Positions 25,251 through 39,560 of a stretch of DNA of 51,559 bases are shown in pieces. The DNA is from Neolecta irregularis DAH-3. Taxonomy: Eukaryota. The notes under the pieces were generated by a model that searched no databases, was not told where the DNA came from, and saw nothing but the letters and a program-made list of their open reading frames with translations. A program made the position numbers and the translations under genes. Position 1 is the first letter of the stretch, and every line of letters starts with the position of its first letter. The stretch covers positions 1-51,559 of the forward strand of contig LXFE01002711.1 of the NCBI GenBank assembly GCA_001929475.1, in the 5' to 3' direction.

Positions 25251-28200
25251 TTATAAAGTCTCAATTGCGTCTTTTATGAATGCAAGATTCATTACGTCTT
25301 TTCCTCGATCGCTCTCCAGAACGTCCCGAAATTTGGCAAGCATCTCTTCTTCAGTCATATTCTGCAAATCGATTGAATTTTTCCATTCAATGAGCAACTC
25401 CTTCATTAACCTCGAGCCTTCTTCAATTTCTTCTTTCGAACATTTCATCCGTGTGTTCATTCCTTTCCCCGAAAAATCTTCCAGTTCATTCGCCTTTCTC
25501 TTTGCCATTTTAACGACTTTCTCCGGGAACCTCGCTATCTCCGCAACATGAATGCCGAACGATTGATCACAAATTCCTTCCTCGATTTTATATAATAAGG
25601 TAATTTCTCTGGATTCGCCATTTTCCCCTACATGTGCCACTACATGCAAGTTTTTAACCACTGGGCTCCCATTAGCGAGAACGGTTAGTTCGTGAAAGTG
25701 AGTGGCGAATAGCGTAAATGCTTTGATATTGTTTATTATGTGCTCTGAAATTGCCCACGCGAGACCAAACCCGTCTGTTGTAGAGGTGCCTCGACCTAAT
25801 TCGTCAATGATAATGAGAGAATCTGATGTTGCTGTCTTGAGAATAGTGGCAGTTTCAAGCATCTCTTGCTGGAACAGTCAGTAGAGGAAGGTTAGATATG
25901 TATTCACCATAAATGTAGAGACGCCCTTTAGTTGTGAATCACTTGCACCTACTCGAGCCAAGATACAGTCAAAAATGCATAGCTCAGCTTCGAGACAAGG
26001 AACGAAACAACCTACTTGGGCCATCAAAGCGATGACTCCGATAAGTCGGATATAGGTTGATTTTCCGCCCTTTTTGTCAATATTACTCGGTTTTTTTTGG
26101 CGACGAGTACCATATTCGGACCAGTGATGATAAGAAACTCGGATTTTCCACGCTCCAGAAGAACATCATTTGGTATGAAACTAACATCATCCTGTACTTC
26201 GAGACATGGGTGTCGAGCTTCAACAAGAACACACTTTTCCTGGCCTCGTTGGTTCATTTTGGGCCGAACGTAAGGTGCCGGTGCATACACAGAAACATGA
26301 GCAAAGCTTTCATGGTCAGCATCTAGTCACTGAACATATACCATACCTAATAATAACGTCCAAATGAGCAATTACACCGGCTAATTTCTCAAGCACAGGA
26401 CAATAACTTGCTGCAATTTCAACAACTTCTTTTACGAGTCCTGCTTGATGAGACTTGTAGCTCCGCTGGCACTCTTCATATTCCTTTGACAAGGACATCA
26501 ACTTTTTCGTCGTAAAGATAACTCCATTTTTCTGAGTAGCGAGATCTATATATTCTTTTTTCCCTCGCAAGCATGCAGAATCTGTTCGTGTAACCCTGAG
26601 GCTGTAGTTATGGACCATATGTTGTTCCAGTTTTAGCTTCTTAGTCGTATCCATTCCTAGGACGTCTCCGACTTCAATGTGAATTTCTTCGATTCCCGAT
26701 TTCAGGTCATTTAATCTATTCCGAATCTCTTGAAGACTTTCATCGAAATCTACTTTGATAAGAAATTCGTGATTGTCTAAAGCCTCGAGATCGATCGTGG
26801 TTTCTACCATCTCTTGAAACTTGTCCAGATTCACAATGTGTCCACGGAATGGATCAGTATATGTCTTTTTGATTAAATCAGAGTGCTTCTCATCAATTAT
26901 TGCCTCGAGATTCTCGACAAAGGATGGAAGTCGGATTGCGAGTTGATAGACTCTTACTACATCTTCGATCCCGGAAATTTGCTTCTGCAGTCGTTTAGCG
27001 AGCCGGTTGAGGTCCGGAACCGCTTTCAAAAGATCTTCTTGAAAAATCTGTCTAACCTCCGAATGTTCAACAAAGGCCTCGACTAGAGTATGACGGTCTT
27101 GAATTTCAGAGAATGACATCAAGGGTTGTTTGAGCCATTGAGACAATAATCGTGTACCCAGTGAGGATTTGCATTTATTGAGTAAACCGAAAAGGGACAT
27201 GCTTTTGTTGGCACCTTCGCGAGGACTTGGCATCAGGTTAAGAGCCTTCACTGCTGATGCATCCAGTTTCATAAAGTGAGCGAGGTCGTGTTGATATAGC
27301 TGATATTGGCCGAAATTTGTAGAGTCTGAGAGAAGCTTTCATTAATTTAGAATGCTACTGATGAAGTTACGTTCAGATATCGAATTAAAGCTGCAAGAGC
27401 AGAAGATGCAACTTTGAGGTCTAATTGGGCTCCCGATTAGTTGGCGCTGTTATCATGAAGACTTACGTAAAACAGAAGTGTTTACATCGCCATTCATAAG
27501 GCGTCTGAGATCTTGGGCAATATCTCGGGAATTGAAATCTACGGCTCGTTTCTCGGTGATAACAATGCCACATCGATCAATTGTTTCCCGAATCTTGGTC
27601 AAGTCGTAATCCTTCTTTTGGTCCTGCTGCAGTACACATTCCTTTGCTCCCAATTGAATCACAAGAGACTGTGGGGTCAGTGCGAATCCTCCGAAGACAG
27701 TACTTCTAAATTAGAGAAGACTTCGTTGTCTATGAACTCGCAAACTCCCAGCTCTCTAAGATTTGCATTTGCAAATCCAACGCCAACTAGTCTTCCTTCG
27801 ACATTGACTTGTAATTTGACAGCGATGATGACGGGATTCGAATTGAGGTCCCTATAGCCAAGCATAAGCTCTTCGACATCTTGAAGATTCCCGGGGGATG
27901 CCTTGTTGTAAGTGCCCTTTCTTTAAGAAGAAATGGACCTGTTTAGCAAGATGAAAGGATTTATTTCGTGAATTGTCACTTGCCCATATCTCAATACGCA
28001 AATTTCGGTTGACGAGCGCGTCATGAAGAAAGGTCCTGAAGGCCGTCTTTGAAAGAGTACAAGATGCAAGGCCACCGTTGCCGTTTGATGTTTTCCCCAG
28101 ATATTTCAGAATGGTCGTAGTTCGATAAACTGCCTCTGAGACAAATGCCGCGTCTGGACCATGAACACTATAGAAATCCTTTATCATTCAATTGATGGAG

Positions 28201-28378
28201 CAGGGTAATGACCACATACACCTCTCTCAAACAGCCTGATGGTTGAGGAATCTTTCTGGGGCAGGTTCCTGTAAAAGGAGATAAAGCCCGCAGCATCGTC
28301 TGCTCATGTCAGTAAACCCCCATAGTGTTGCTATGCACCCAATACCAGATCTGGACGATCGTCCTTCTTTACAGCCAT
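25251..28378 (-). CDS. MSH2: DNA mismatch repair protein Msh2
   Basis: [78 protein letters not shown]. Confidence 0.97.
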
Positions 28379-28716
28379 GGAATTTGGAGGTTGCAGTATC
28401 GCTATGGCCTTTCAGGACGGACCTCACGTTGATGAACGATCCGTGATCGCGGTGTTGAACCCCACCACATCCCTGTTTCCCTGTATAGCACGGGAGCATG
28501 GACCAGGACGACCGCGATTTTGCTCAGGCACCATATGGTGGTGGGTTTTTGCAGCTTGTGAACACTGGTATCCGCTGCATCTCTCGTCGGCTAACCATTA
28601 CAGCTGCCAAACTGGAAAACAGCCAGGAAGATGTAAATAAGAAAGACCCGGATTATCGTAGGTCTTGAATCCGGAACCCTGCTCAGTTTTCAGCCGTTGC
28701 ATTCGTTGTTCGGCAC

Positions 28717-31700
28717 ATGGCTTCATCGATCCGCCATTTGCCGGAGAACAGAACCTACGAAAGCCCAGTTGCGTCGGAAGACGAGGAAGCTCAGTACGAT
28801 CAAACGATGAGGGCAGGTCAATTTTCAAGCCGTCAAGCTTCCACCACAGATTCAAATTATGCTGAACATCTCGCTCAGTCAGAATTACGGCAACGGTCGG
28901 ACTCAAATACATCTACTTTGGATCTGGCAGCAAAGTTACAACAGATCTTCAAGCTCGCAGAGACAGAGGAAATTATTGGTGGTAATGCCGCAACCACTAT
29001 CTGCAGTTGACATTTGACAGAATATCCATGCTGGTTATTAAATACAGTCCTGGTGCAAGGATACATGTATATCACTAAATATCGAATATGTTTCTATGCA
29101 TATTTGCCTCAAAAAGTGCTTTAATATACACATCGGTTAAACTCTTACTCCAAGGATACAATTGTGAAATCGGGTTATTTATCGAAGAAATCTCGGGCGA
29201 CACGGCGTTTATTACGATTTTATGCCCAAATTAAGAATGAAGTCCTAACTTATTATTCCGATCCCAATGTAGTTCTCTCTTTAACAACTATCTGCTGATG
29301 CTCTAGGATTTGTATTTCCCAAGTGGTCAGATAGATCTACGATATGCAGATGACGCCGAATTATCAGATGTCAATGAACGTGGCAAAAGTAGCCATTTCA
29401 AACTTTACACCCAATTAAAGACCAATCTGTTTAAGGCTGATTCGGAAGCCAGTGCGTCAGAATGGGTCAAAGCTATCAAGAAAGTCATTTTCTGTTGTAA
29501 AAATGACGGCGACGCTGTCAAGGTGAACCTAAATTTGACCAATCTCACATCTAGGTCGACATTCCAATTGCTAATATTATCGATGTCGAACAATGTGATG
29601 CCCTAGAGTTTGCTAGCACGACAAGAATCAAAGCCATTCACGATGAGACCTTCGCAGTCCTTGATGTAAGTATCCCTAGACTACTGGATACTGAGAGATA
29701 GCACTACTTCTCGTTCTTCAGCGACAATCTTGATGCAGCCGAGGTGATACAAAGATTAGTTGAGCAACACGTCCCTGTTTCGACAAAGGCAATTGCTTCA
29801 TCAGATTCTCCGAAACCCATGATCGAGCAGGTCCGGAATACCGCATTTTCTCTCCATCCTGATCAGCCTTCAAAAATACGCAAATCTTGCGACTCTAGAC
29901 GGACGTCCTCGGATCTATTGCGTTCGTCCATAGATTTGTCGAGATCATCTATGGATTCCCAACGATCACAGACGGGTTATCCCACTGACAAGGGACATTC
30001 ACTGAAGAAACATAAAAAGAAACCTTCAATATCCTCTTTATCGTCTCCGCTCAGAAAGCTTGGTTTCATGAGTTCAAGGAAAAGTAAACTGAAAAAGGAA
30101 GATCCTGGCTCATTTGGGCTCGGAGCCTTGACGTTATCTCTCGAAGAGATTAACAAAACCGGAAACGATAGCTCTCTTTTCCAAGACTCTCCTGAACATT
30201 CGACTACCGATAGCGAAGGGAACCCACCAACTGGCGAAAAGCCTGTTCCGGCTTGGAACATCGCCGAATGGATGCGCAAACGATCTGTCGCTATTGGAAG
30301 CAATTTTCCTGGGAAAACATACGTCGATCGAGTATCTGGGATGTTGACTGGCGACTCCCCTCTTCGCGACAAGGGACTTCCAGAGAGCCCTACAATGCTT
30401 ATTTATTCTGATGAAGATGAAGAAGATGACGATCCGGAAAAAGAGGCATCCGAAGAACGTTTCAGAGCTCATTTCGCAGCGCCTCCAGAAGAAAAGCTAT
30501 TACAAACATTTAATGGGTTTGTTTTTCGAACGTTTCCTTTACAAGGAAAGCTATATCTCAGTGATGCACGGTTCTGTTTTCGAAGTACTCTTGTCGGCAC
30601 ACGAACAAAGGTATATTCTGAAGTGTTAACTAGTTAACATCCAGATGATTATCCCTCTAAAAGATATCGAGAATGTTCATAAACAAAAGGGATATGCTCC
30701 AGGTTTCCATGGGCTTGTTGCCGTTATCAAAAGCCGTGAAGAGTTGTTCTTCGAATTTATCCAAAGTAAAGATAGAGATGAGTGTGCCTCAATGCTTCTG
30801 GAAATGATTGAAAGATGTGAAAATAACGATCTATCGGAACAAATTGCAGCTTTGAAGGAACGAGTAGAAAAAGATCGACTAGACCATCTAGCACTCGAAC
30901 GAGCCCATAAAAAGCATCACAGTGACATTAACCGCCCGCCCCCGGAGAATGTTAGTCAAGGTTGGGTCGTTATTGATTCGACGCCATACTCATTCCTAGA
31001 TCACCCACCCATTTTGTTTGACTCTCCACAAACTTCTATGGTCAACTTTAAACCTACAGCATCTCTTCGAATAACCTGCTTAACCATCGGTTCGCGAGGC
31101 GATGTGCAGCCTTTCGTTGCTTTATGTAAAGGTCTAAAAAAAGAAGGACATCAAGTTAAGATTGCAACTCACGAAGAGTTTCGAGGGTGGGTGAGTGATC
31201 ACGGAATTGGTTTTGCGCCTGTAGCTGGAGATCCAGCCGAACTGATGAGAATTTGTGTCGAGCACGGGCTTTTTACAGTTTCTTTCATTCGCGAAGCTAC
31301 CGCAAAAGTATACTGAATCTTTCGGGGGAATCTATGATCTTACCTGATAGTTCCGTACCTGGATAGACGATCTCTTGACGTCAGCATGGAGCGCCTGCCA
31401 ATACACAGATGTTCTCATTGAAACTCCCAGTGCAATGGCAGGACTACATATTGCCGAGTCTTTGGGAATACCATATTTTCGAGCATTTACGATGCCCTGG
31501 ACACGAACCCGTACCTATCCACATGCTTTTGCCGTGCCCGATAGCAAGAAAGGTGGAAACTATAACGCCATGACTTACACACTATTTGACAATCTATTTT
31601 GGCGCGCAATTTCAGGTCAGGTCAACAGTTGGCGGAAGAAGACGTTGAATATCGGTGCGACAAATATGACAAAGATGCGTACTCACAAAATCCCGTTCAT

Positions 31701-32694
31701 CTACAACTTCAGCCCAACCGTCGTTCCTCCACCCATTGATTGGCATGAATGGGTCAGAATCTCTGGTTATTGGTTCTTGGACAACTCCGACAGTATTTCA
31801 GGCAAGGACTGGGAACCACCCGATGATCTTTCGCAATTCATCCGAAAGGCAAGAGCTGATGAAAAGAAACTAATCTACATTGGGTTTGGCTCTATCGTTG
31901 TTTCGGATCCAAAGGCAGTTACAAAGAATGTTGTTGAAAGTGTTATGAAGGCAGACGTTCGTTGTATTTTGTCGAAGGGGTGGTCCGACCGGCTTGACAA
32001 GAACGCTGCTAGTGAGCCGGAAGTACCCCTCCCGCCGGAAATCCTTCAAATCAGGTCAGCACCTCATGATTGGCTTTTCCAACAGATCGACGCTGCTGTG
32101 CATCACGGCGGCGCTGGTACTACAGGCGCAAGCCTAAGAGCTGGTATCCCTACGGTGATCAAACCATTCTTTGGAGATCAATATTTTTGGGGAAGCCGGA
32201 TCGAGGACCTTGGAGTCGGAGTACAAGTAAAGAAGCTGAATGTCAACAGTTTGACGAGAGCCTTAAAAGCAGTGGACGACCCAAAAATTATTGCAAAGGC
32301 GAAGGTTATCGGAGAGAAAATTAGATCGGTAAGTAGAGCCATCAGTTATGTGCAGCTAAAGGCTTAGGAAAATGGTATTAAAGCTGCGATCGAAATGATC
32401 TATCGAGATCTTGAATACGCTCGCAATCTTGTCCAAAATCCACACGCTCAGTCAGGTCATGAACCATCCGATGCGGAAGAATCGTTTGTCTATGTTGGTG
32501 ATGATGATGGTGCACAAATTAGTCCCCGCCTAGGGGCTACATCCGAATCAGAGGATTTTGATGATCGAGATATAATGGAAGTTCCTTCTAATGTCGATAC
32601 TGCAGAACAGACATCAATTGGGCAAACCGCCCGTAATATTTTGAAGACTATTTCGTTTCCCACTATTCCTCCTTCTAAAGGTTCGTCTCATTAA
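28717..32694 (+). CDS. ATG26: Sterol 3-beta-glucosyltransferase (GRAM-PH-GRAM-GT1)
   Basis: [85 protein letters not shown]. Confidence 0.96.
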
Positions 32695-33037
32695 ACTCTT
32701 CCTCAGAATCCAGGTCACTGGAGTTAATCCTATCCGTTCGGCGTGATTAGGTGTTGGGTGTTTTGTAATGCGGTTTTTGTGTGAAATACAGCAAATAATT
32801 TTTTTTTTCTTTTACTTCCATTTAGAATAAATTTTGGGAACAGATATAATCCCTTCATTATCAAATGGTAAACCCGTATACTAATGGTCATCGGTAGTTA
32901 TACCTTTATGGCGTTTAACCGAACGAACCGCCATAATTCCGCTTGCGTACCCGCGATCTCGGCATTCGAGATATCAATGCAACCAACCTCAGAGAGCTTA
33001 AGTGTCAGCAAAAACGCTCTGTGTATACTGTAGACTG

Positions 33038-35769
33038 ATGACTTCTTCGCTTAATCAGGCGTCTGCGATACGACTTTCGGTCTCGCTGCGTTACCCAATT
33101 ACTATCACCTCGTTTTTGAAGCAACAAGGCGATATCGTTAATAAGCACGACAGTCTATTCAAATATTCATATACAAGTACAGTTAAAGAAACCGATGAAG
33201 ATGGAAAAATTAAAACTGTCGAGAAGCAATTTGTCGACCATTTTGATAGTCCGCTTGAAGGTCAATTAAAGGCATGGCTTGTCGATTTAGGAGGAACTGT
33301 GACCTCTCAAAAGTATGCTTCTTCGCTCCTCAAAGCACCTAAAGCACATGTTAATTAAGCTTGCAGCCAAGTTGTTTTGACGATTTTCGAACCTTGTGCG
33401 CATGCAGTTCAGTTCGCAGGACTTTGTGCTCAGTGCGGACGAGATATTACAACGTAAGGCTCTACAAGCGTTTTTTCCTGAATACTAACCGCCAAAGTCA
33501 AGACTATACTGGATTCCAAGATGCTCAACGCGCGCCTATCACGATGGGTCATGATTCCGCAGGATTGATGGTTAGCGTAGATGTAAGTGATCGACCGAGG
33601 GATACTATTGAGTATTTCACAGGAGGCTACAAGAGTCGAGAAACAAGTAACCTCGCGGCTATTGACCTCGGAAAAACTCTCACTGGTGGTTGATCTCGAT
33701 CAAACGATTATACAAGCTACAGTTGATCCCACGGTTGGTGAATGGAAATCTGACCCTTCAAATCCCAACTATAATTCCGTAAAAGATGTCGCGCAATTTC
33801 AACTCTCAATAGAGAATGCACCGGAATCCAAGTGCTGGTATTACCTTAAAATGAGACCGGGATTGTTTGAATTCTTGCAACATGTTTCTAAACTTTATGA
33901 AATGCACATCTACACCATGGGCACTCGCTCCTATGCCGAAGCTGTTGCTAAAGTTGTCGATCCCGATGGATCTTTGTTTGGTGAACGAATATTGAGTCGA
34001 GATGAAAGTGGAAGTATGTTGCTCTCTTGTGGCATACAAATACTGATATATCAACAGGTTTGACACAAAAGAATTTGCAAAGACTTTTTCCTTGTGACAC
34101 TAGCATGGTCGTTGTCATCGATGATAGAGCAGATGTTTGGCAATGGAGTCCCAATCTGATAAAAGTTATGCCCTACGACTTCTTTGTTGGAATCGGTGAT
34201 ATCAACAGTAGCTTCCTTCCAAAGAAGGTGTGTAGCTATATTATTGTTTATGTATCGTTGTTGATCTGTCTAGTCCGTTATACCAACGGCGATGCACGCT
34301 TTAACACAACTGCCATCCTCTCCAGCCCCTTCTACTGACAGGAGATCGGCGATAATAGAAGATTTGCAAAATCCGCTGCTTCACTCCGCCATCGACCAAA
34401 TTCTTACTATCAGTGGTGGAAATAACCCTGATCTCGTAGCGGAGCAGGCTAGCCAACAAACTGCAGCATTAGAGGCGCAAAAGGAGGATCGTCCTCTGGC
34501 AAAACTCCAGGAAGCTATTTCAGCCGCTCGTTCGCATGAGGATACTATAAATGTTCCTGACAGTGTATCATTTCCATCAAACCACAGTTCTCAAAATCTT
34601 TTGCGAGATGACGATTTAGAATTATTTCGGTTGAAGGGTATTCTGAACAACATTCATAAAGAATTTTTCGACAGCTATAAACAGATAATAAGTAATCGTG
34701 GAAAGGAGAAGAAACTTGCGAAATTAGAAAGTAATCGGTCATTAAAAATCACCGAAATGCCGAGGACACCACCAGATATCAAAAACTTGATGCCCAGAAT
34801 GAAACGCAAAGTTCTAAACAACTGCGTAATTTTGCTCTCAGGCATCATCCCTATTGGCGCTGATATTAAAACGTATGTCACTCTGAGAAAGTGTCTTTAA
34901 TGAAATAGATATGAATTTGCTTTATGGATCAAGGATTTTGGGGGAGAGGTCTTGAATGATTGGTCCAGCGAACTCAATGTAACACACGTTGTTGCTGCCA
35001 GGGTAATTTCAATTATCTGGTTTTTTCAATTAATTACGACTAGCCGCGAACCGCAAAGGTTAAGCAAGCACATGAGCGGAACCTACCTGTCGTGCGAGTC
35101 GATTGGTTGCTCAACTGTCTTTCTCAATGGCGTCGGGTACCTGAGCATGAATACCGTATATACGAAGACGGAATCATACCCCCCTCGTCCCCAAACAAAG
35201 TGATACGTGAATTGGATCCAGAGGAAGTATTAGCTCTTCTGTCATCGGAAGAAGAATTTGATTTAAACGATGCTGGTAGCAGTGGCTCGGAATTGCCAAA
35301 GAAGAACATCGATACAACAGCAGAAACGGTCGCTGGTGACATCGATTCTGTTGACTGGACAGACGCTCAAAGAGAAGTTGATGAAGCACTTGCTGAATTG
35401 AGCGATAATTCAACAGGTACTGAATCTAGCATTGAGAGGTATTAGTATACATCTACGTGTTTACTAATATTGAAAAGTTTTTCGAACTCGAGTAGCAAAC
35501 GGAAAAGAGCACGTCCTAAATCAACGATTTCATCCAGTGCATCTACTGATACAGAAGGCGATACAGAGGAAAAGAATAAAGATTTATTGCGATCACCTCT
35601 GGCGAAACGTCGTCGGAAGGCTAGGCAAAGAAAATCAAGACTAGCCAACTCAATAGACCAGAGCGGTTCGAAGTCACAATCAGAATCGTCCTCTGGGAAT
35701 CAGAGTGATGGCGAAGAAAGTGATGGTTGGGATGATTTTGCTAAAGATTTGGAAGCGGAGATGGGCTAA
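33038..35769 (+). CDS. FCP1: RNA polymerase II CTD phosphatase Fcp1
   Basis: LVVDLDQTIIQ (DxDxT motif); YLKMRPGL; HIYTMGTRSYA; VVIDDRADVW; BRCT domain (THVVAAR...DWLLNC); acidic C-terminus. Start uncertain (32977 or 33038). Confidence 0.95.
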
Positions 35770-35995
35770 TTATTTTGATCATGTATTGTTTTCTTTGAAT
35801 GTAGGAGCCACGGGTGTACTGTACTATAGGTCGAGGTAATTATGCATGGTTAGAATGAAATGTGTTGTATATTCAATATTTGGTCTGTAGAAAGATAAGA
35901 AAGTTTGATTGTTTTTCACCAAAATATGCAAGGAACCACGTTGCCCCATTGAGAATTTGTTCGCGCCTTCTTATCGCTATATTCTCTCCAAGACT

Positions 35996-36660
35996 ATGAT
36001 GGATGTCTCAGGTATAAAGTCTGTAGACCTATTTGGTGGTGCAATTGTAACCAAAATCCCATCCAGTTTTATCGATGGAAGGTATACTTGATTCATAAGG
36101 CACTTTACATCTCATAGTGTGTTTCGTCAGACTCCTGATAACCAAGAAGTTTATGTCGATCTAAAAGAAGGTTCAGATCTGAGCTTGATCATTGAGATTC
36201 TCGAACGAGAGGCCTGTTCTGATGAAGAGTCAGCTATCGTTCATTTTAATGCCATAGCGTATGATAACGACGTCCCTGAAGGTTCCATGAGAGTACTGTC
36301 GAATGAACTTGTTTCAACAGAGACTGTGCCAAATCTCAAGTATTGGCTTCTTCAAAGGAGTACTCATTTTAAAGCTCCCATGTTGTCTACTTATTATCGG
36401 GTATACAAGAGGCATACAAATGGGGACGAAAGACTGTGCTTCCACCTGGACAAACTTCGATAGTAGTGGTTATTGTAGCCGTGATACGACTTACCGCGCA
36501 GGCTACAGACTTGGTGATCAGTTTGAATGTGCCGGTAATTTTACAAACGAGTTCTTTAACGACTATTATGAAAGATTCCGAGATTGTTTGTATTGCCCTA
36601 AAAAAAGTCGAAGAGGTCCTAAAAGCGCTCACAATTCAAGATTACAGTCTCTTTAGCTGA
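35996..36660 (+). CDS. MOG1: Ran guanine-nucleotide release factor Mog1
   Basis: LFGGAI...IP..FID; RQTPDNQEVY; SLIIEILE; IRL....TDLVISLNVP; IQDYSLF. Confidence 0.92.
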
Positions 36661-36756
36661 AGAAAGAACTCAAATCCTGTATTATCTGTATATATATAGT
36701 TTGAAAATTATCCCAATTAATGTCTTTCAACACCGAAAACACAAGCCCAACATCAG

Positions 36757-38804
36757 TCAATCCAAAGTAATTGCTCCAAATATGTCTTCTAAGCCAGATG
36801 CTTCGTGTTTATTCGGCTTGCCTATTGTTCTTTTCTGACCCTCATCTTTCTGAGCGTTGTATTCCTTGACGAGCGTTGACATGATTTCTTTGTGAGGTGA
36901 CCCATCATTCTGACTTTTCACTTTGGCATAGTTCTCCTACATTGTCAATCAAGAGTGTCAAAGTATGATTCGTACCTTAATAAAAGTCTGATAAGCATTT
37001 GGCAACCTTACATCTTCTGGATAAGTCTGCTTTAGCCTTCCTTGACAAATCGAGCAAATGTGTTTCTCCGGATCAATACTTTTACTTTGGCGACCGTATT
37101 CTCTCGCGCATAGAGGATTGCTACATGTCCAACGGAATTTGTAGTAAATTTCATATTGATGGGTCGTCGTGACAGGAACTTTGGGAAATACCTTCATGAC
37201 TTTATTACCCCAAGATTTGAACTCTTTCCCGTGAGGCCTTTTAGTCACGCCGGATAGAATCCAAGTTGTCAGGTGGCAGAATTCGTGGGCTAGTGTGCTT
37301 TGAAGTTTTTCTAATTAATTAGTAAAGGAAAGATCGATAAAAAAGAAACCTTCTGAATCAATCACTTTGGTAGATAACTCGATTGTCGCCAGGTGATTTT
37401 CCTCAGTTGTTAGATTGCCCATTTTAACTTTCTCTTTCTTCCACTTTGCTCTTCCAGCAGTCGTTTGTAAGCGGTTACTCCAAACAATCTTGATTCCACC
37501 ATTCGCTCTGCACTTTCGACTCAATTCGCAATTCGTAATCTTTTGGTCGAGATCGGCCAAGAATACTGTAGCCATCGATTCTCGAGTTTTGGTAAAATCT
37601 CTGCGAGATTTCAGTTCTTGTGGTTTCTTGATAGGTGATGTTTTTCTCGGCGAGGGAGTATGTTGAGCAATCCAGCCGTGTTGATGTTGCTCATCCCAAA
37701 AGTTTTGTTCATGGGCTTTGTGTGGAGATAATGGTATTCGACGAGGGGTAGTAGGACGATTGAGCACTTTTGTGCGTGTAGGCGAAATTGGCGGTGAACT
37801 ACAGGTGTTAAATGGCTTTGGACAGTATGCAGTCCTACTAATCAAGGTATGCCGGTGCTTCGACCTCGTCCTCGTATATTGGAGAAGATATTAATATCAC
37901 CGATGTTGTTCTTGGCGGGGTTTTCCGACCGACAGAACCATTTCCCAGGGTTTTCTCATCAGACGTGGCATAAGATGACGAATTAGGCTTTTCATCATCC
38001 GAAAGATCTGATATACTCGGAGACCTTGCGCAGTATACTGCCTTCTTTGCTGGCACTTTTCCTCGGGGTTTTGGTTTGGTTTTGGATTCGAGATTCAGCT
38101 TGCAATTGGGTTGGACATTATTTTTCACAGTTTCATTTGGCCCAAAGCTTAGGTTCTCCTTTCCGTCATCTGAAACATAGTCCTTGAAATGAAGAGATAT
38201 GCCAGAACCAACTGAAGCTGACATTGATGGAGCGGAGGAGTTCAATGAACCATATACAGAATCTTTATATTTCGATTGAGGATTTGAAGTTTTAGGAAAC
38301 TTATTTTTGACTTTTTTGATATTGGGATAATTTGATGATGTGTCTGCTTTGTGAGAGTCTTCTGTTGCCGAAATGTTATATCTCTTGGCAAGTATACCAT
38401 CTTTATCATTGACGAACTCATTTGTTCGAGAAGACAACGACGCGGATTTTTCAAGTCTCTCCCTTTGAGACGAAACTGAATCTTCCGATAACCGAATGGG
38501 CAGAAGTGGAACATTAAAATTGTTCAGGGGTTGCTTGAAAGTCACATCCTATTCTTTTGAGTTTTAATATTTCAGACAGTGATACGGTGTGCTTTGCGGA
38601 TGAATGCTGGCTGATTGCGTTTTGACGATTATATATGCAATGTTCGCTGTTGGTAGCATTTGGATCATTGTTGCTTAGTGAGTAATTTTCTTTTGCGGTT
38701 CTTAGCTGCGCAAACAATTCATTCAATGCTGGTAAATCATCGGACTCGGAATCTGAATCATGGAGTCCGGTCTGATACTTTAATGGTGATCTCTGTCGAG
38801 GCAT
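36757..38804 (-). CDS. SprT-like metalloprotease with zinc finger and HMG-like tail (GCNA/ACRC-like)
   Basis: Long low-complexity N-terminus; WSNRLQTTAGRA; IELSTKVIDS; AHEFCHL (HExxH); PHGKEFKSW; HQYEIYYKFRWTC..C...YGRQSKSID...CSIC; NAYQTFIK|ENYAKVK. Confidence 0.9.
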
Positions 38805-39148
38805 GACATTATAATTCTGGCTGTAAACAAACGCGAATATATATTCCCGCCACAGCACATCAAGGATTTCAGTACTTGCCAATTATACAACGGCAGGAAT
38901 AATATCTGGTAGGAAAAATAATCACAATAGTTTTTGCTTAATTAGGGAGATTGAGTGCGTGACTGCAATTTTGAAGCAGGTAAATAGCATGCCTGCAGAA
39001 TCTGCATTGCCGATCGCAAAGAAGCAACTAGACCAAAGATGGGCTTTGGAATCAAATGGAGATAAGGAAGCGGCATCATCCGTGTGGCCCAGTTCGGCAT
39101 GTCGCCAACTGGGATAGTCTCCCGCAACAGACATGGCGGATGACACCC

Positions 39149-39270
39149 AGGCGGAGGCAAGAAGATGCGTACAAAAACATGCCATGAACAAGGACTCGGG
39201 GTCAGATCCTCGGGTAGCTGCAAGCTCCAGCGCTGTCGCTCCGGTTTTTGGCGCAGAAATGTCACACCAC
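39149..39270 (+). repeat. 122-bp direct repeat, copy A
   Basis: 121/122 identical to 51438-51559 (GTCAGATCC vs GTCGGATCC). Confidence 0.95.
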
Positions 39271-39560
39271 GACGGTCTCTGAGGCGAGTTGACAAAGCAG
39301 CGTCTGAAACACCGCAAATTGCCCCGCAACAAAGACTCTAGACTGCAATAGAGCAGACTGCTTTGCCGTTCCAGCAGTTTCAGGTGGCCTGAGTGGTGTT
39401 TCAGGAAGGGAGGCGGAACAAGGCCGCTTCACCTTGCGACTGCGAATAGCTCCCAGGCTCAAAGCAAGGGCCGCTATGAACATCGGTATACAGACGATGT
39501 TTGCTTTTGCTGCAAAGCGGCGCATTCCAACCGCCAAAGGCTGGCGCTCAGGGCGCTTCG

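Noticed and set aside
37800-38600. Apparent frameshifts and stops in the SprT gene suggesting a pseudogene
   Set aside because: Short GT-AG introns restore the frame (HT|DVTFK and YLDY|SPP).
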